Below are positions 38,401-47,499 of a DNA stretch of 64,000 nucleotides, in pieces (position 1 is the first letter of the stretch; every line of letters begins with the position of its first letter). This DNA comes from a virus. The DNA is taken from the IMG/VR virus record IMGVR_UViG_3300032265_000877, positions 23,611-87,610 of that record; one strand, written 5' to 3'. The notes beneath the pieces were generated by a model. That model ran no database searches and was not told the DNA's origin. It saw nothing but the letters and a program-made list of their open reading frames with translations. The position numbers were made by a program, and so were the translations under genes.

Positions 38401-38585
38401 CCCTGCACACCTTGTGTTCCCTGTGTTCCTGTTGTTCCCTGAACGCCCTGCGTTCCTTGGATACCTTGCGTGCCTTGTACACCCTGGGTACCTTGAATAC
38501 CTGTTGTTCCTTGGGTGCCTTGCGCGCCAACAATGGCCGCGATCCACTGACCGGATCCGGTGTCATAATACTTTAATTGGGACAT
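35499..38585 (-). CDS. Collagen-like long fibre protein (Gly-X-Gln)
   Basis: Four GxQ blocks separated by globular domains (RVLVKNQ..QNGIY..LTRATD; FTATSGQTTF; KLRAQ). Confidence 0.88.
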   Translation of the reverse strand: MSQLKYYDTGSGQWIAAIVGAQGTQGTTGIQGTQGVQGTQGIQGTQGVQGTTGTQGTQGVQGTQGVQGTQGLQGVQGTQGIQGIQGIQGVQGTQGTQGTQGVQGTQGIQGIQGVQGTQGVQGTQGVQGTQGLQGVQGNQGTQGIQGVQGTQGIQGTTGQTGSQGTQGVQGLQGVQGTQGVQGTTGLQGTQGTQGVQGTQGVQGTTGIQGTQGTQGTQGVQGTQGIQGIQGHDGTQGTQGVQGVQGTQGIQGIQGLQGLQGLQGASGSQNAHAAVYTTTTTALAGSPSYTAGTADASNGLGVGAYLQATTNGYLVVDGYTYSGPLPADTRVLVKNQADAKQNGIYTVTSAGSASTTWKLTRATDYDNHLADQVEPGDYVYTVAGSTNVGTSWIQYQLGTNTNGTIKIGIDNINFSQTSAVGNQGTTGAQGTQGVQGTQGLQGTQGTQGTQGLQGLQGVQGPQGTQGVQGTQGVQGLQGVQGPQGTQGTQGVQGTTGIQGTQGTQGVQGVQGTQGIQGIQGLQGIQGRSYTGVTSTTSNAIGTGSLTFAVANSGAFALGQFVTVAYTVTPANYVFGQITAITTDTSITVNVTNTGGSGTFSQWTFSTSGVQGTTGAQGTQGTQGIQGTQGIQGVQGTQGTQGVQGTQGTQGTQGLQGVQGTQGAQGTTGTQGTQGTQGLQGLQGVQGTTGTQGLTGTQGTQGIQGLQGQSIQGVQGTQGVQGGVTNAPVFTTTEFTATSGQTTFSVTYNPGYINVFLNGVRLSSADYTATNGTSVVLAVGAVAGDIVVVQNITLGLGAQGVQGLQGVQGTQGLQGLQGLQGLQGQIGVQGLAVGNTAPANQGVLWLDTSVAGVVGLSSANFTAKGDTIAGTGSGTFSTLPVGANNTILTADSTQTTGVKWTTNLSGLSLQSPNTYNSVIVAPSISYNINPKTGAYTTVLADAAAIITASSGSAFTVSIPTNASVAYPIGSSITIIQTGVGQITIAAVTSGTTTINSTGATSATPKLRAQNSSATCIKIDTDIWQVVGDIV

Positions 38586-38658
38586 GGCTCTCCTAGGTTG
38601 GCTACAGCATTAATGTTAAGTGCTAAAGGCTTTTCTGTGTGGCTAAATTCCATCACCG

Positions 38659-39558
38659 TTATCCCAAGACCACTACTTTGTAGTTGTTTAAGGCTGGTGG
38701 GGAGGCAAAAGTTAGTGTTGCGGTATTCACAGTTGAGTAGACCAAAGATGACGGGATAATTACCGCGTAAGTAGTCTGATTGTAAACAGTGACTTCGATA
38801 TCTCTGGTGCCCAAATTGTGTGTGACTGTATAAGTAGTGTTGGCTCCATCACCAATTAAGAAGGTGAGCTTTTGAGTACCAACAATGCCGCCTACAGATG
38901 TGTCTAGCCATAGAACTCCAGTGTTGGCAGGGGCTGAAGAACCAGAGATAATTCCCTGACTACCTGTTGTTCCTTGAACACCCTGCAACTGTGCGTAACC
39001 AAAACCTTGGACACCCTGCAAACCTTGGGTACCAGTTGTACCTTGTGCACCAACTCCGGTTGCTCCTTGAAAACCAACAAGGCCTTGAATACCCCTAAAT
39101 CCTTGAAGACCTATAAGTCCTTGTAGTCCTTGCGAGCCCGTTGACCCTTGAAAACCAATAAATCCTTGAATACCATTTACACCTTGCAAACCAATAAGGC
39201 CTTGTAAACCTTGAACACCCTGCAACTGTGCGTAGCCAAAGCCTTGAATACCTTGCAAACCTTGGGTACCGAGTCTACCTTGTGCCCCTGTAAATCCTTG
39301 AACACCACTTTGTCCAACTTGACCTTGTAATCCATTAGCGCCCTGTATGCCTTTAGCGCCTTGTAAACCTTGTATGCCTTGAGCGCCAGTGCCCTGTGAC
39401 CCGCCGCTACCAGAGCCTGCTGGTCCTTGAGTACCTTGAACACCTTGTACTCCATAGCCAGGATTTTGTGGCACAACTGTAATAGCAATTGGTGCTTGAG
39501 GCACCACTACAATTGGGCAAGTGCACGGCCAGTTGCCGCAGGTATTACAAGTGTTCAC
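38659..39558 (-). CDS. Collagen-like protein
   Basis: Cys-rich N-terminus, GxQ repeats, VLWLDTS, C-terminal IGDG..YTVTHNLGT domain. Confidence 0.82.
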   Translation of the reverse strand: MNTCNTCGNWPCTCPIVVVPQAPIAITVVPQNPGYGVQGVQGTQGPAGSGSGGSQGTGAQGIQGLQGAKGIQGANGLQGQVGQSGVQGFTGAQGRLGTQGLQGIQGFGYAQLQGVQGLQGLIGLQGVNGIQGFIGFQGSTGSQGLQGLIGLQGFRGIQGLVGFQGATGVGAQGTTGTQGLQGVQGFGYAQLQGVQGTTGSQGIISGSSAPANTGVLWLDTSVGGIVGTQKLTFLIGDGANTTYTVTHNLGTRDIEVTVYNQTTYAVIIPSSLVYSTVNTATLTFASPPALNNYKVVVLG

Positions 39559-39561
39559 CTA

Positions 39562-40647
39562 CTACCAACTTCCGTAGGTGCCGACGTCAAGGCTTACAGC
39601 TTGAGTCGTAAATACTTGTCCTTTGATATACGTTGTGACTTGGTTAGCGTCTGTCTTTAATGTAGCCGTTAGGTCCCAAAAAGCACGTGTAGGTAAATAC
39701 TGAGTGTCTTTAGGCTGTAGGGTTAAAACTACCTTACTGAGCGTGGACGAAGCTGATGTCACATTTATACCAAAGTTTGCGTATAAGGATGGTGCGTTTG
39801 GATATGTTCTAATCTGAGCAGCCCAGTTGTACAGGGAAGCGTCAAATGGGAAATCAAACTCAATAGAGAAATTGTTACCCTGATAGAGAATAATGTCGTA
39901 GTTCTGTGCGTTAGTTGGAAGAGGGTTACGGCCCGTTAAGTTATTTGCAATATAAACGCGCTCTGGTTTGCGGGCGTCATCAATCTCTTGACCAACATAG
40001 ATAGGTACGTACTTGTTGGTTGTGCGAGATGTGCGGATAAGGGTTCCGACCTCAATCTTCCACAAGCCCACGTTAAGCTGAGCGCAGAGGGTCTTGTATT
40101 GTTCCCAGCGCTGCTGAATGATAGAAGATAGCTGCTGATAACGCTGTGCTCTTGGGATCATAACCCCGTCTGGGGCGGTGATATTGATATCAAATGCAGC
40201 GTCTGTAGCAAGAGCCCAAAGCGCCTCAATGGTTGCCAAAATAGCAATAGGATAAGTTTCAACTGGCGGGATGTTTGCCAGGGTAACCTGGGTGCCATAA
40301 GAGTCAACGCGGTTAAATGTGTGCTCTGTTACGGCGTCATTAATAAAGACGCAGAGCTCTGAGTCTAAAAAGTATCGGTCTTGAACGCCCTGAACCAAGA
40401 TAGTTGCGTTTGCGGCAGGGGCGTTGGCGAAGGTAATAATGCCCGTGTCCTGCTCAACTGTATAACCGTAGGGGTAGCCGATAGGGTTACCGTTCTCAGT
40501 AACCGTAAGATTGACAATCTCAATAGGCTTAATGCCTGTAGGAAAGATAGTAGTTACGCCATCTCCAGTTGCAGTAAAGGTAAAGTTCTTCTGAGGGTCT
40601 CCAAGGTCTAAACGAACCCTAGAGAGTATGTCAGATAGTAAAGCCAC
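39562..40647 (-). CDS. Head-tail adaptor / neck protein
   Basis: RVRLDLGD, GDG.T..F insert domain, BppU-like C-terminus (LYQG..F..WDL); downstream of MCP. Confidence 0.65.
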   Translation of the reverse strand: MALLSDILSRVRLDLGDPQKNFTFTATGDGVTTIFPTGIKPIEIVNLTVTENGNPIGYPYGYTVEQDTGIITFANAPAANATILVQGVQDRYFLDSELCVFINDAVTEHTFNRVDSYGTQVTLANIPPVETYPIAILATIEALWALATDAAFDINITAPDGVMIPRAQRYQQLSSIIQQRWEQYKTLCAQLNVGLWKIEVGTLIRTSRTTNKYVPIYVGQEIDDARKPERVYIANNLTGRNPLPTNAQNYDIILYQGNNFSIEFDFPFDASLYNWAAQIRTYPNAPSLYANFGINVTSASSTLSKVVLTLQPKDTQYLPTRAFWDLTATLKTDANQVTTYIKGQVFTTQAVSLDVGTYGSW

Positions 40648-40712
40648 AGAAACTCCCTACACTACGTTAGATCCAATGATGTCGTACTACGGCTAAAAAA
40701 TCTCTGCATACG

Positions 40713-40740
40713 AAAAGAGCGCCCCTATAAGAGGCGCCCA
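40713..40740 (-). terminator. Intrinsic terminator
   Basis: GGGCGCCTCT-TA-TAGGGGCGCTC-TTTT on minus strand after 40757 stop. Confidence 0.6.
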
Positions 40741-40756
40741 CTTCGCTAAGTATGTC

Positions 40757-41122
40757 TTAGATAACGCCTGCTAGGTAACCTTTGTCCTTAAGGTGTTGTG
40801 CGACATCCTTTGTTACCTTGTACTTAACTCCAGCTCTAAAGCTGTAGTTATTTCCCTTACCAAAAGTCATGTTTTCAAGATCCTGAACAACGCGGATCTC
40901 AACTGTAGAGTCATCTGAACTTCCAAGAGTTACAGGGTCATCAACAATAACTGTTTGACGGGAAGGCTTTGTGGCATCAATAACTTCAGTCTCTAGTTTA
41001 ATTTGAGCCTGTGCTGTTGCCATAGACATTTCAGCTGCACGATCGTTCATCTCAGCCGCTGCTTGTTCAGCAAGCTGCTCGCGTACACGACCGGTTACAT
41101 CAGTGGGCTTTGTTTTAGCCAT
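40757..41122 (-). CDS. Capsid-associated hypothetical protein
   Basis: Directly downstream of MCP; AGGAG RBS. Confidence 0.7.
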   Translation of the reverse strand: MAKTKPTDVTGRVREQLAEQAAAEMNDRAAEMSMATAQAQIKLETEVIDATKPSRQTVIVDDPVTLGSSDDSTVEIRVVQDLENMTFGKGNNYSFRAGVKYKVTKDVAQHLKDKGYLAGVI

Positions 41123-41148
41123 TATATTCTCCTAATTAGTATCTCAAT

Positions 41149-41180
41149 GAAAATGGTGGGGGCCCGTAGGCCCCCACTTT
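41149..41180 (-). terminator. Terminator after major capsid gene
   Basis: GTGGGGGCC-TACG-GGCCCCCAC then CATTTT on minus strand. Confidence 0.75.
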
Positions 41181-41197
41181 AAGCTATTTAGTTGTAA

Positions 41198-42271
41198 TTA
41201 GTTGGTCTCGATGACAACAACAGACTGGTCAGTGATTAGGCCAAGTCCGAAGATTGAGTACCAAGCAAGTGCATGCTCACGACCGAAGTCAAGAATACCG
41301 CCATCGCGGAGTTCGACTGGGAGTGAGATAGCGTGACCGAATGCGTTATCACCGATCATGATAGCTGCATAACGATCTGATCCACCGTTACCTGTGAGGG
41401 TAGCAGGGGTTGTGTAGCCTCCGCCAGGTGTGACAACTGGGTTAGCAACAGCTGTATCAGTTGTGTATGAAGAACCTGCGCCACCAACGACCTTGAGGAC
41501 CTGGGTGGTTTCGATGAATACTACGTCGTAGAGACGACCGATTTCACCGAGCATGAAGTTACCTGGAGCTGCGTACTTTGTGACCTCGATGAATTCAGGG
41601 TTGTCACGAAGGGTACGGCTCTGGTGTGGGTGAACGAAGCAGACATAAGTCTCGCCCAACCGTGGGATGTTCTTTGTTGCCAAGGTCTCAACTGTGTCCT
41701 TGATAACGTGTGGTGTGAGGTAAGCAGCACCTGTCATTGCTGCGCGATTTGCAGCAAAGGTTCCGTAACCGTACCAGTTGTTAACAGCTGATGAGACTGA
41801 TGAGCGATCTTCGCCGTAAAGGACTGAAGATGCTGCATAGAGTGTGTCGCGTGAGAGCTGATCTAGGTAGATAGCCATGTTACGACCGAGAAGACGTGAG
41901 GCTGATGCCATTACGTCATCAAATGAGGCATTGAGCAAGAGCTCAGATACTGCAAGAGCATAACCATGCTCTGTTACAGTGATTGAGAACTGCTGTGCTG
42001 TGAGAGCGTTAGTCTGCATACGGACACCTTCAACAAGAGGTGAAGCGAATCCGAGGTTGTTGTAACGCATGAAATTGATCTGTAGACCAGGTGCAACACC
42101 GAGTTCAGTCTTTTTGACTGCAAACTGCTCGAAGCGAAGGATAGGCATAGCCTGGAACAAGATTTCCTTGGACCAGATAGTCTGAATCGCCTGAGTTAGC
42201 TGGGTGTTGGTACCTGAGTACGCTGTAGGTGCTGCGGCTAGATTGCCTGTACCTGTGATACCTGATGCCAT
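41198..42271 (-). CDS. Major capsid protein (HK97 fold, N4-gp56-like)
   Basis: L.EGV, EHGYAL.VSE, FVHPHQ..LR, GEIGRLYDVVFIET, DFGRE..LAWY. Confidence 0.93.
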   Translation of the reverse strand: MASGITGTGNLAAAPTAYSGTNTQLTQAIQTIWSKEILFQAMPILRFEQFAVKKTELGVAPGLQINFMRYNNLGFASPLVEGVRMQTNALTAQQFSITVTEHGYALAVSELLLNASFDDVMASASRLLGRNMAIYLDQLSRDTLYAASSVLYGEDRSSVSSAVNNWYGYGTFAANRAAMTGAAYLTPHVIKDTVETLATKNIPRLGETYVCFVHPHQSRTLRDNPEFIEVTKYAAPGNFMLGEIGRLYDVVFIETTQVLKVVGGAGSSYTTDTAVANPVVTPGGGYTTPATLTGNGGSDRYAAIMIGDNAFGHAISLPVELRDGGILDFGREHALAWYSIFGLGLITDQSVVVIETN

Positions 42272-42313
42272 TTGGCTTTAACTCCTTGATAGTAGTTTTT
42301 AATATATTAAGTG

Positions 42314-43096
42314 TTAGCCCAATATTCCGCTGGTCTTACCAAGAGCACGATTGCTCAAGATCTGAGTGCGGACTTTTGCGTATTCATTCATCGGCATTGA
42401 CGCAATATCTGCGGCAGTGAACTGACGTGGTTCCGAATTAGTTTCCAAGGGTCCAACGCCTGGCAAGGTTGCCCTCACGCCCGGCATATCTCTGCGCTGC
42501 TGCTGGATAGCAGACTGTGCAGATTCTAGAATACTGTTAGATCGCTCAACCAAACCTGTAATGCTCTCGTTGATCTCATCTGGGGTATTACCCTGAACGT
42601 AATCAATGAGCTGTGGGATGATATTTTCGCGGTTTTGTTCAACAGCTTGTTGACGGTAAGCCTGCAGTTCTGCAAACTTTCTTTCCTGCTCCAGAAGAGC
42701 GAAGGCCGCTTCGCGTTCTTGACGCTCACGTGCCAACTGCTCTCGCAGTTCATCGGCTGTAGCTTTTGCAAAGTCCTTGGCGTCCAAGTCATTTTCAAGC
42801 TTTGCCTTCTCTTCAGCTGCTTTGGCTTCCGCTTCTGCTGCTTTGCGAGCTGCTTTTTCTTCGCGCTCTTTCTTAAGGAGTGAAACTTCTTCCTTCAATC
42901 GATCGATCTCTGGGTAAAGCTTCTCTTTCTCCTGTGAACGAACCTTTGCAAGATCCTCTTCGGTATAAAACTTCTGAGTTGGTTCATTCTTTCCAGAGGT
43001 AACAGTAGGCGCGTCAACGCCCGACACATTTACTACTGGAGCTGTATTAGCTTCTGCTTCAAAAGCATTAGCCATTAGATCTGCAGTTTCTGACAT
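42314..43096 (-). CDS. Capsid scaffolding protein
   Basis: Charged coiled-coil, YTEEDLAKVR.QEK.KLY, C-terminal MPMNEYAK.R; between portal and MCP. Confidence 0.82.
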   Translation of the reverse strand: MSETADLMANAFEAEANTAPVVNVSGVDAPTVTSGKNEPTQKFYTEEDLAKVRSQEKEKLYPEIDRLKEEVSLLKKEREEKAARKAAEAEAKAAEEKAKLENDLDAKDFAKATADELREQLARERQEREAAFALLEQERKFAELQAYRQQAVEQNRENIIPQLIDYVQGNTPDEINESITGLVERSNSILESAQSAIQQQRRDMPGVRATLPGVGPLETNSEPRQFTAADIASMPMNEYAKVRTQILSNRALGKTSGILG

Positions 43097-43211
43097 GCGT
43101 TTATCCTTTTATCCTAGGGGTCGTTTTACGATGTGGGGGCACAAATGACCTAACGTGGTATTACAGTATTTATTTTGACAATAGATGTCTCAATTGTCTG
43201 TATAAATCACT

Positions 43212-44924
43212 TTATTTTTGGTAACCGTCTGGAACTCTGCGCTGTGGCAATTGAGTACCGTAGGCTTCCGTTACTAAACGAGTACGTACCTTCTCGTCGC
43301 CCATTTGGGCGGCAATGGTTGCATCGTCTAGTAATACTGGCTCTGTTGGTGCTGCAGGTGCTGCTGCTCCTGGAGCGCCTGGTGCAGAGGAACCACCAGG
43401 TCCTGTTTGTGCTGGAATAGACCCTGTTAGGGCCATGATGTCCTGCTCAATTTGGGTCTGAATAAGCTTAAGTGCTCCATCAGCCATTGCTTCATCTTGA
43501 AGCTCTTGACGGATCTCTGAGAGCTTCTCAATAGGGAACTCTTCGCCCAGGATGCGCAGTGCGCCTTCCTTAGACTCAAGGCCAAGTGAGAGCATCGACT
43601 GGACTTCGTTGATAGCAATGAGCTTGTCAAGAGGAAGTGGCTGTGGGAAGTGAACATAAGAGCGAAAAGTAATAGGATCATTTACATCTAGCTTGGAGAC
43701 CTGACCCTGCTTTAGTGGAACAGTGCTTGCGTTAGGATCCCAGTTAAGTGCCTCTGGCTCTTTTAAAGCTAGGTTAAGAAGAATTAACTCATTAACGCGC
43801 TCAAGGCCGTGAGCATACTGAACGATCTTCTGGTGATAACGATTCATTAAAGGCTGGAACTGAATAGAAAGCGCAACGCCTGAGGTGTTAGAAATAGGCT
43901 GAGCCTGACCAAGTGCGGTCTCAGGAACACCAATCATTTCGTGCATAGACTTCTTGAGCATTGCAAGGAAGTCCATCGCGCCCTTTAGGCCCTGAGCTCC
44001 GCCTTCAAGGTTCTCTACTCGTGCGTCCTTTGGTAGACCGCCCCATACTTTATTAGCGCCCTTTTCAAGCTGAGAAGCCTTTGCACCAATGATGACGGTT
44101 ACTGGCGCAGCGTGGTAATTAACGATGTCTGCAATATCTGTAGCAGTTTCGTTATACGCGCGGTTAATGTTAATAATGTCATTGCAATCTGAAAGGCCCC
44201 AAGGAGAACCAGAGATGCGGACATTAGCAATGTGAATAACAGGAATTGTGCCAAGAGGATTAGGTCGTGAGTCAATGAGCTCATCGTTAATGTACTCTTC
44301 AATGATGTCATCGGTTAGGATCTCGGTGTAGGTAAAGACCTGACGAGTGCCCTCAAGTGAGGTGCCCCAGAAACGGTACTTAAGCTTAAAACGAACCAAC
44401 CGCTCGCGGTCATGTGGATGAAACTCAGGGAAAGCAAAAGAAGAGTTAAGAGGCAGAACGCGAACTCGGCCAGGGTGTGTGCGTCCAGCAGTGTCTGTAT
44501 AAGACTCTTCATATGCAACTTTGATAAAGCAGTCACCTGACACCGTACCTTGCTGACCAATTTCCCACAGGACTGTGGCCTTATTGTTATCCACTTCCCA
44601 GACGCGCTCTAATAGGTCTGGGACAATCGCCTCAGTCTCTTTAGGGCTACGGAAGTTAACGCCTTTACCAAAGGTAAAGTTAATAATAAAGTCGCTGAAT
44701 GCGCGATAATAGTTAAGAACTAACTGAGTCTCGCCTGTTTGACGGCGGTAAGACCAGTGATGCCCAAGATACATTGCCCAGTTAAGGGAGTAACGGTTTA
44801 GGCGTGGGCCGTGAACTTCAAACTCTTCATCCGCTAGCTCTACTAATCCCAGCGGGGAAATTGAGATGGTTAAATCAGAGGAGGCCGCACGATAACTCGG
44901 TGGAGAGAAATCCATACCGCTCAC
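43212..44924 (-). CDS. Portal protein (SPP1 gp6-like)
   Basis: LNYYRAF, G.V.GD, NPLGTIPVIH..N, WG.SD, SGVAL..QFQPL. Confidence 0.9.
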   Translation of the reverse strand: MSGMDFSPPSYRAASSDLTISISPLGLVELADEEFEVHGPRLNRYSLNWAMYLGHHWSYRRQTGETQLVLNYYRAFSDFIINFTFGKGVNFRSPKETEAIVPDLLERVWEVDNNKATVLWEIGQQGTVSGDCFIKVAYEESYTDTAGRTHPGRVRVLPLNSSFAFPEFHPHDRERLVRFKLKYRFWGTSLEGTRQVFTYTEILTDDIIEEYINDELIDSRPNPLGTIPVIHIANVRISGSPWGLSDCNDIININRAYNETATDIADIVNYHAAPVTVIIGAKASQLEKGANKVWGGLPKDARVENLEGGAQGLKGAMDFLAMLKKSMHEMIGVPETALGQAQPISNTSGVALSIQFQPLMNRYHQKIVQYAHGLERVNELILLNLALKEPEALNWDPNASTVPLKQGQVSKLDVNDPITFRSYVHFPQPLPLDKLIAINEVQSMLSLGLESKEGALRILGEEFPIEKLSEIRQELQDEAMADGALKLIQTQIEQDIMALTGSIPAQTGPGGSSAPGAPGAAAPAAPTEPVLLDDATIAAQMGDEKVRTRLVTEAYGTQLPQRRVPDGYQK

Positions 44925-44943
44925 TGCTCACCTCTTTCAACTC

Positions 44944-44966
44944 TAGACAATATTAACACAAATGTC
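44944..44966 (-). promoter_or_regulatory. Conserved 23-bp promoter/operator element upstream of portal
   Basis: GACATTTGTGTTAATATTGTCTA, 20/23 identical to 47499..47521. Confidence 0.55.
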
Positions 44967-44987
44967 GACTTATGCACAAAACGACAC

Positions 44988-45296
44988 TCAGCGGAAACGT
45001 TCGCCTCTAATAAGGTTCTTTCCTACGGGCTTAGTTACTACCTTCTTCTGTTCTTTTTCTTTTTTATCTTGCTCTTCTTTGGCGTAATCGCGGAAGCGTG
45101 GATCCACATCTTTCTCAGAAGTAACAAACTTGCCGCCTAGTTGCACATAACGAGAGTGAACCCAGTGAGCGGCCGCAGGAGAAGGATATGTGCGGAATTT
45201 TGAACGTGCTTGAGTAGTAAGCATGTTCCAAAGCTTTTGATTTGCGGGGATCTGCTTAGGACCCTTTTTTACTTCTTTACCTGTAATTAACGCCAT
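44988..45296 (-). CDS. Basic hypothetical protein
   Basis: PANQKLW..ARSKF..YPS..A..W..Y..LGG.F. Confidence 0.72.
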   Translation of the reverse strand: MALITGKEVKKGPKQIPANQKLWNMLTTQARSKFRTYPSPAAAHWVHSRYVQLGGKFVTSEKDVDPRFRDYAKEEQDKKEKEQKKVVTKPVGKNLIRGERFR

Positions 45297-45360
45297 TAAT
45301 CATCCTTAGATAGTAACCAGCCCTGCCCCGTTAGTGAGGCAGGGATGACTTACTTATTTA

Positions 45361-45759
45361 TTAGTCGCGAACGACTGCAGGATTGCCAGCCTTCTGTGAA
45401 CCACCACTGCGGAATACTTCCTCAATGCGGTTGTCACCGTGGTCTGCAAAACCACCGGCAGCGAACTCTGAGAGATGATCTGGGCCTTCTACCCATGCAG
45501 CAGAACCGACGTGAGCACGCTCACGCATTGTCTCTTCGGCTGGCTTTTCAAATACATTCTGATTGCGGTTTGGACGACCTGCTGCAGGCATGTATCCCTG
45601 CATAGCGCCCTTTGTGAATTCCTGTGGAACGTCTGTATCTGTTGCAATGCCTTCTTCAAAACGAAGTGGGCCGCGCTGACCAGGGGTTGCTGGTGAGATT
45701 TTGCGGTCATAGACAGTGCCTGGACGCTCTGGGAACTTTGGATCTGGTGCAATTGCCAT
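45361..45759 (-). CDS. Hypothetical protein (head region)
   Basis: AGGAG RBS; RGPLRFEEGIATDTDVP. Confidence 0.75.
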   Translation of the reverse strand: MAIAPDPKFPERPGTVYDRKISPATPGQRGPLRFEEGIATDTDVPQEFTKGAMQGYMPAAGRPNRNQNVFEKPAEETMRERAHVGSAAWVEGPDHLSEFAAGGFADHGDNRIEEVFRSGGSQKAGNPAVVRD

Positions 45760-45834
45760 TGTTTTACTCCTATATTGGTTTGAGGACCTCAGTAAAAGTG
45801 TGCTATAGAAAGTAGCTACAGTCAGCCTAAAGTC

Positions 45835-47412
45835 TTATCTAAAAAACGGTGAAGACGACACTTCTATCTGCGGCATAGTCATCTCAATAGTTAAAGCGCA
45901 AGCAATAGCCAAAGAGTCTGCGTAGTCATCGTGGGCATGGGCCTCGTCTGGTGCTTTAGCTAGGAAGTTTGGGCCAGTAAACTTGGTCTCTAAATCCTCA
46001 AGCTGCTGCCTGAATCTACGGTAACTACGTAGCTTTCTAGTCTTAGCGTGAGCTGGCCAACTAATAAGATCTCTGTCCATAAGGGCCTTTAAGTGCTTCC
46101 AGCGCTTAGACTGTTCGGGCTGACTGCTACCTACAGAGAATACCTCTGCTCTAGGAAGCAAGAGCTTAAGCCTCTGAGCCACCGCATCACCGACGCCGTT
46201 AGCGTCTACCCCAACATACATAACGTTGTAGTTCTCTAAAAACTTTACAATCTGGAAGTACTGATCTTCCCAGTCGTCCCCTTGCAGCTCCAACCAATTG
46301 AGCACTCTATGATCAAAGTAGCCAAACTCATCTGGGCGATCCCAATCAACCCAGACAACGGTTACTACAGTAGAGTCAATCTTACGGGCGGGGTCAATCC
46401 CTACAACTACTGGGGTTCTATGCCAAGCGCGTTGAATCTCCATAGAGGTATCGCCAAGCCTGTCCATGGTTGTAGATGTAACAAACATGCCACGCTCAAG
46501 AAGCCACTTACAGTTATACGACATCTGGAACTCGTCTGAGTCTTCACCGATACGTAGCTTCTCACGCTTAATGTGCTTTTCGTAGTTGAAGTTAACTTTA
46601 ATAACATCTCGCCAAGTCCACTCAAAGTGATTCTGACGTTTGGTGCGCGCAGTCTGTCGGCGTTTATTAAGCATGATGCTGTTGTAAAAGTTATTTTTAT
46701 GCGTGGTTGGCGTACCTGTTTTAACCATAGTTCCAGCGTAATAAGCCAACATAGGCGCAATGGATTTGGATACTACAAAGTCATCTGCCTCTTGGCACTC
46801 ATCGATAACAATAAGATGGAACGATTTAGATTCAATCTTTGCTCGTGGGTTAGCGGTCATCATCATTAGGGATGAGCCAGAGTTCTTTAGCTTAATCTGG
46901 CGAGTAACTCCTGCTACACGGCCTACGCTGTCATCGATCTCTGGGTCACCCAGGATCTCTAACGCCCTATCTGATGTTAGGCGGTTTACAGTACGGCCAA
47001 ACAAAGTTTCTACCTGACCCTCAACAGGCGCAAACATACCCACCATGATGCCGTCTTTAAAACGCCCAAGTAGATCCGGGTACATCTTGGCCAAGCGTGG
47101 TAGCAGAACCATAAGGGTAGCTACAGTATTAGCAATAGTCTCTGATTTACCTGACTGACGGGCTGCCAAGGCTGTAATTTCTTCACTGTCATTTATAATT
47201 ACCGACTCAATAATACGGCGAGCAAGAGGCATCTGATATGGATGAAGTTCGTGTCCAACTAAGGCTGTTTGGAATTCAACGCAGCGATCGATGAGCTTGT
47301 TGACAAAAGCTTTAGATAGCTCATCAAGCTCTATCTCTTCTTCTTCTACAAACTCTTCGTCTTCTATCTCATCAGGATAGAACTCGTCTTCGTCTTCTAT
47401 TAGTTGGTCCAT
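45835..47412 (-). CDS. terL: Terminase large subunit
   Basis: LHPYQ, ARQSGKS Walker A, IVIDECQ Walker B, TGTP, VGIDPA, HDDYADSLA nuclease motifs. Confidence 0.95.
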   Translation of the reverse strand: MDQLIEDEDEFYPDEIEDEEFVEEEEIELDELSKAFVNKLIDRCVEFQTALVGHELHPYQMPLARRIIESVIINDSEEITALAARQSGKSETIANTVATLMVLLPRLAKMYPDLLGRFKDGIMVGMFAPVEGQVETLFGRTVNRLTSDRALEILGDPEIDDSVGRVAGVTRQIKLKNSGSSLMMMTANPRAKIESKSFHLIVIDECQEADDFVVSKSIAPMLAYYAGTMVKTGTPTTHKNNFYNSIMLNKRRQTARTKRQNHFEWTWRDVIKVNFNYEKHIKREKLRIGEDSDEFQMSYNCKWLLERGMFVTSTTMDRLGDTSMEIQRAWHRTPVVVGIDPARKIDSTVVTVVWVDWDRPDEFGYFDHRVLNWLELQGDDWEDQYFQIVKFLENYNVMYVGVDANGVGDAVAQRLKLLLPRAEVFSVGSSQPEQSKRWKHLKALMDRDLISWPAHAKTRKLRSYRRFRQQLEDLETKFTGPNFLAKAPDEAHAHDDYADSLAIACALTIEMTMPQIEVSSSPFFR

Positions 47413-47429
47413 ATAACCTTTAGTTTATT

Positions 47430-47499
47430 TTAAAACAAAGAGCCTAAGTCGTTAAACCTAGGCTCTTTGCGCCATCTACGGGGAGAGGAAGAGAGGCGT
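47430..47499 (-). ncRNA. Candidate ~70-nt small RNA or attenuated terL leader
   Basis: Between a -10-like TACAAT and a strong terminator hairpin; stem-loop with CUUCCUCUCCCC loop. Confidence 0.35.

Noticed and set aside
36400-38530. Tandem DNA repeats resembling a CRISPR array or VNTR
   Set aside because: They are degenerate codon repeats of collagen with no constant repeat and unique spacer structure
36391-39488. Many alternative-frame and antisense ORFs over the collagen genes
   Set aside because: Shadow ORFs created by the 9-bp periodic GxQ repeat; no RBS or independent motifs
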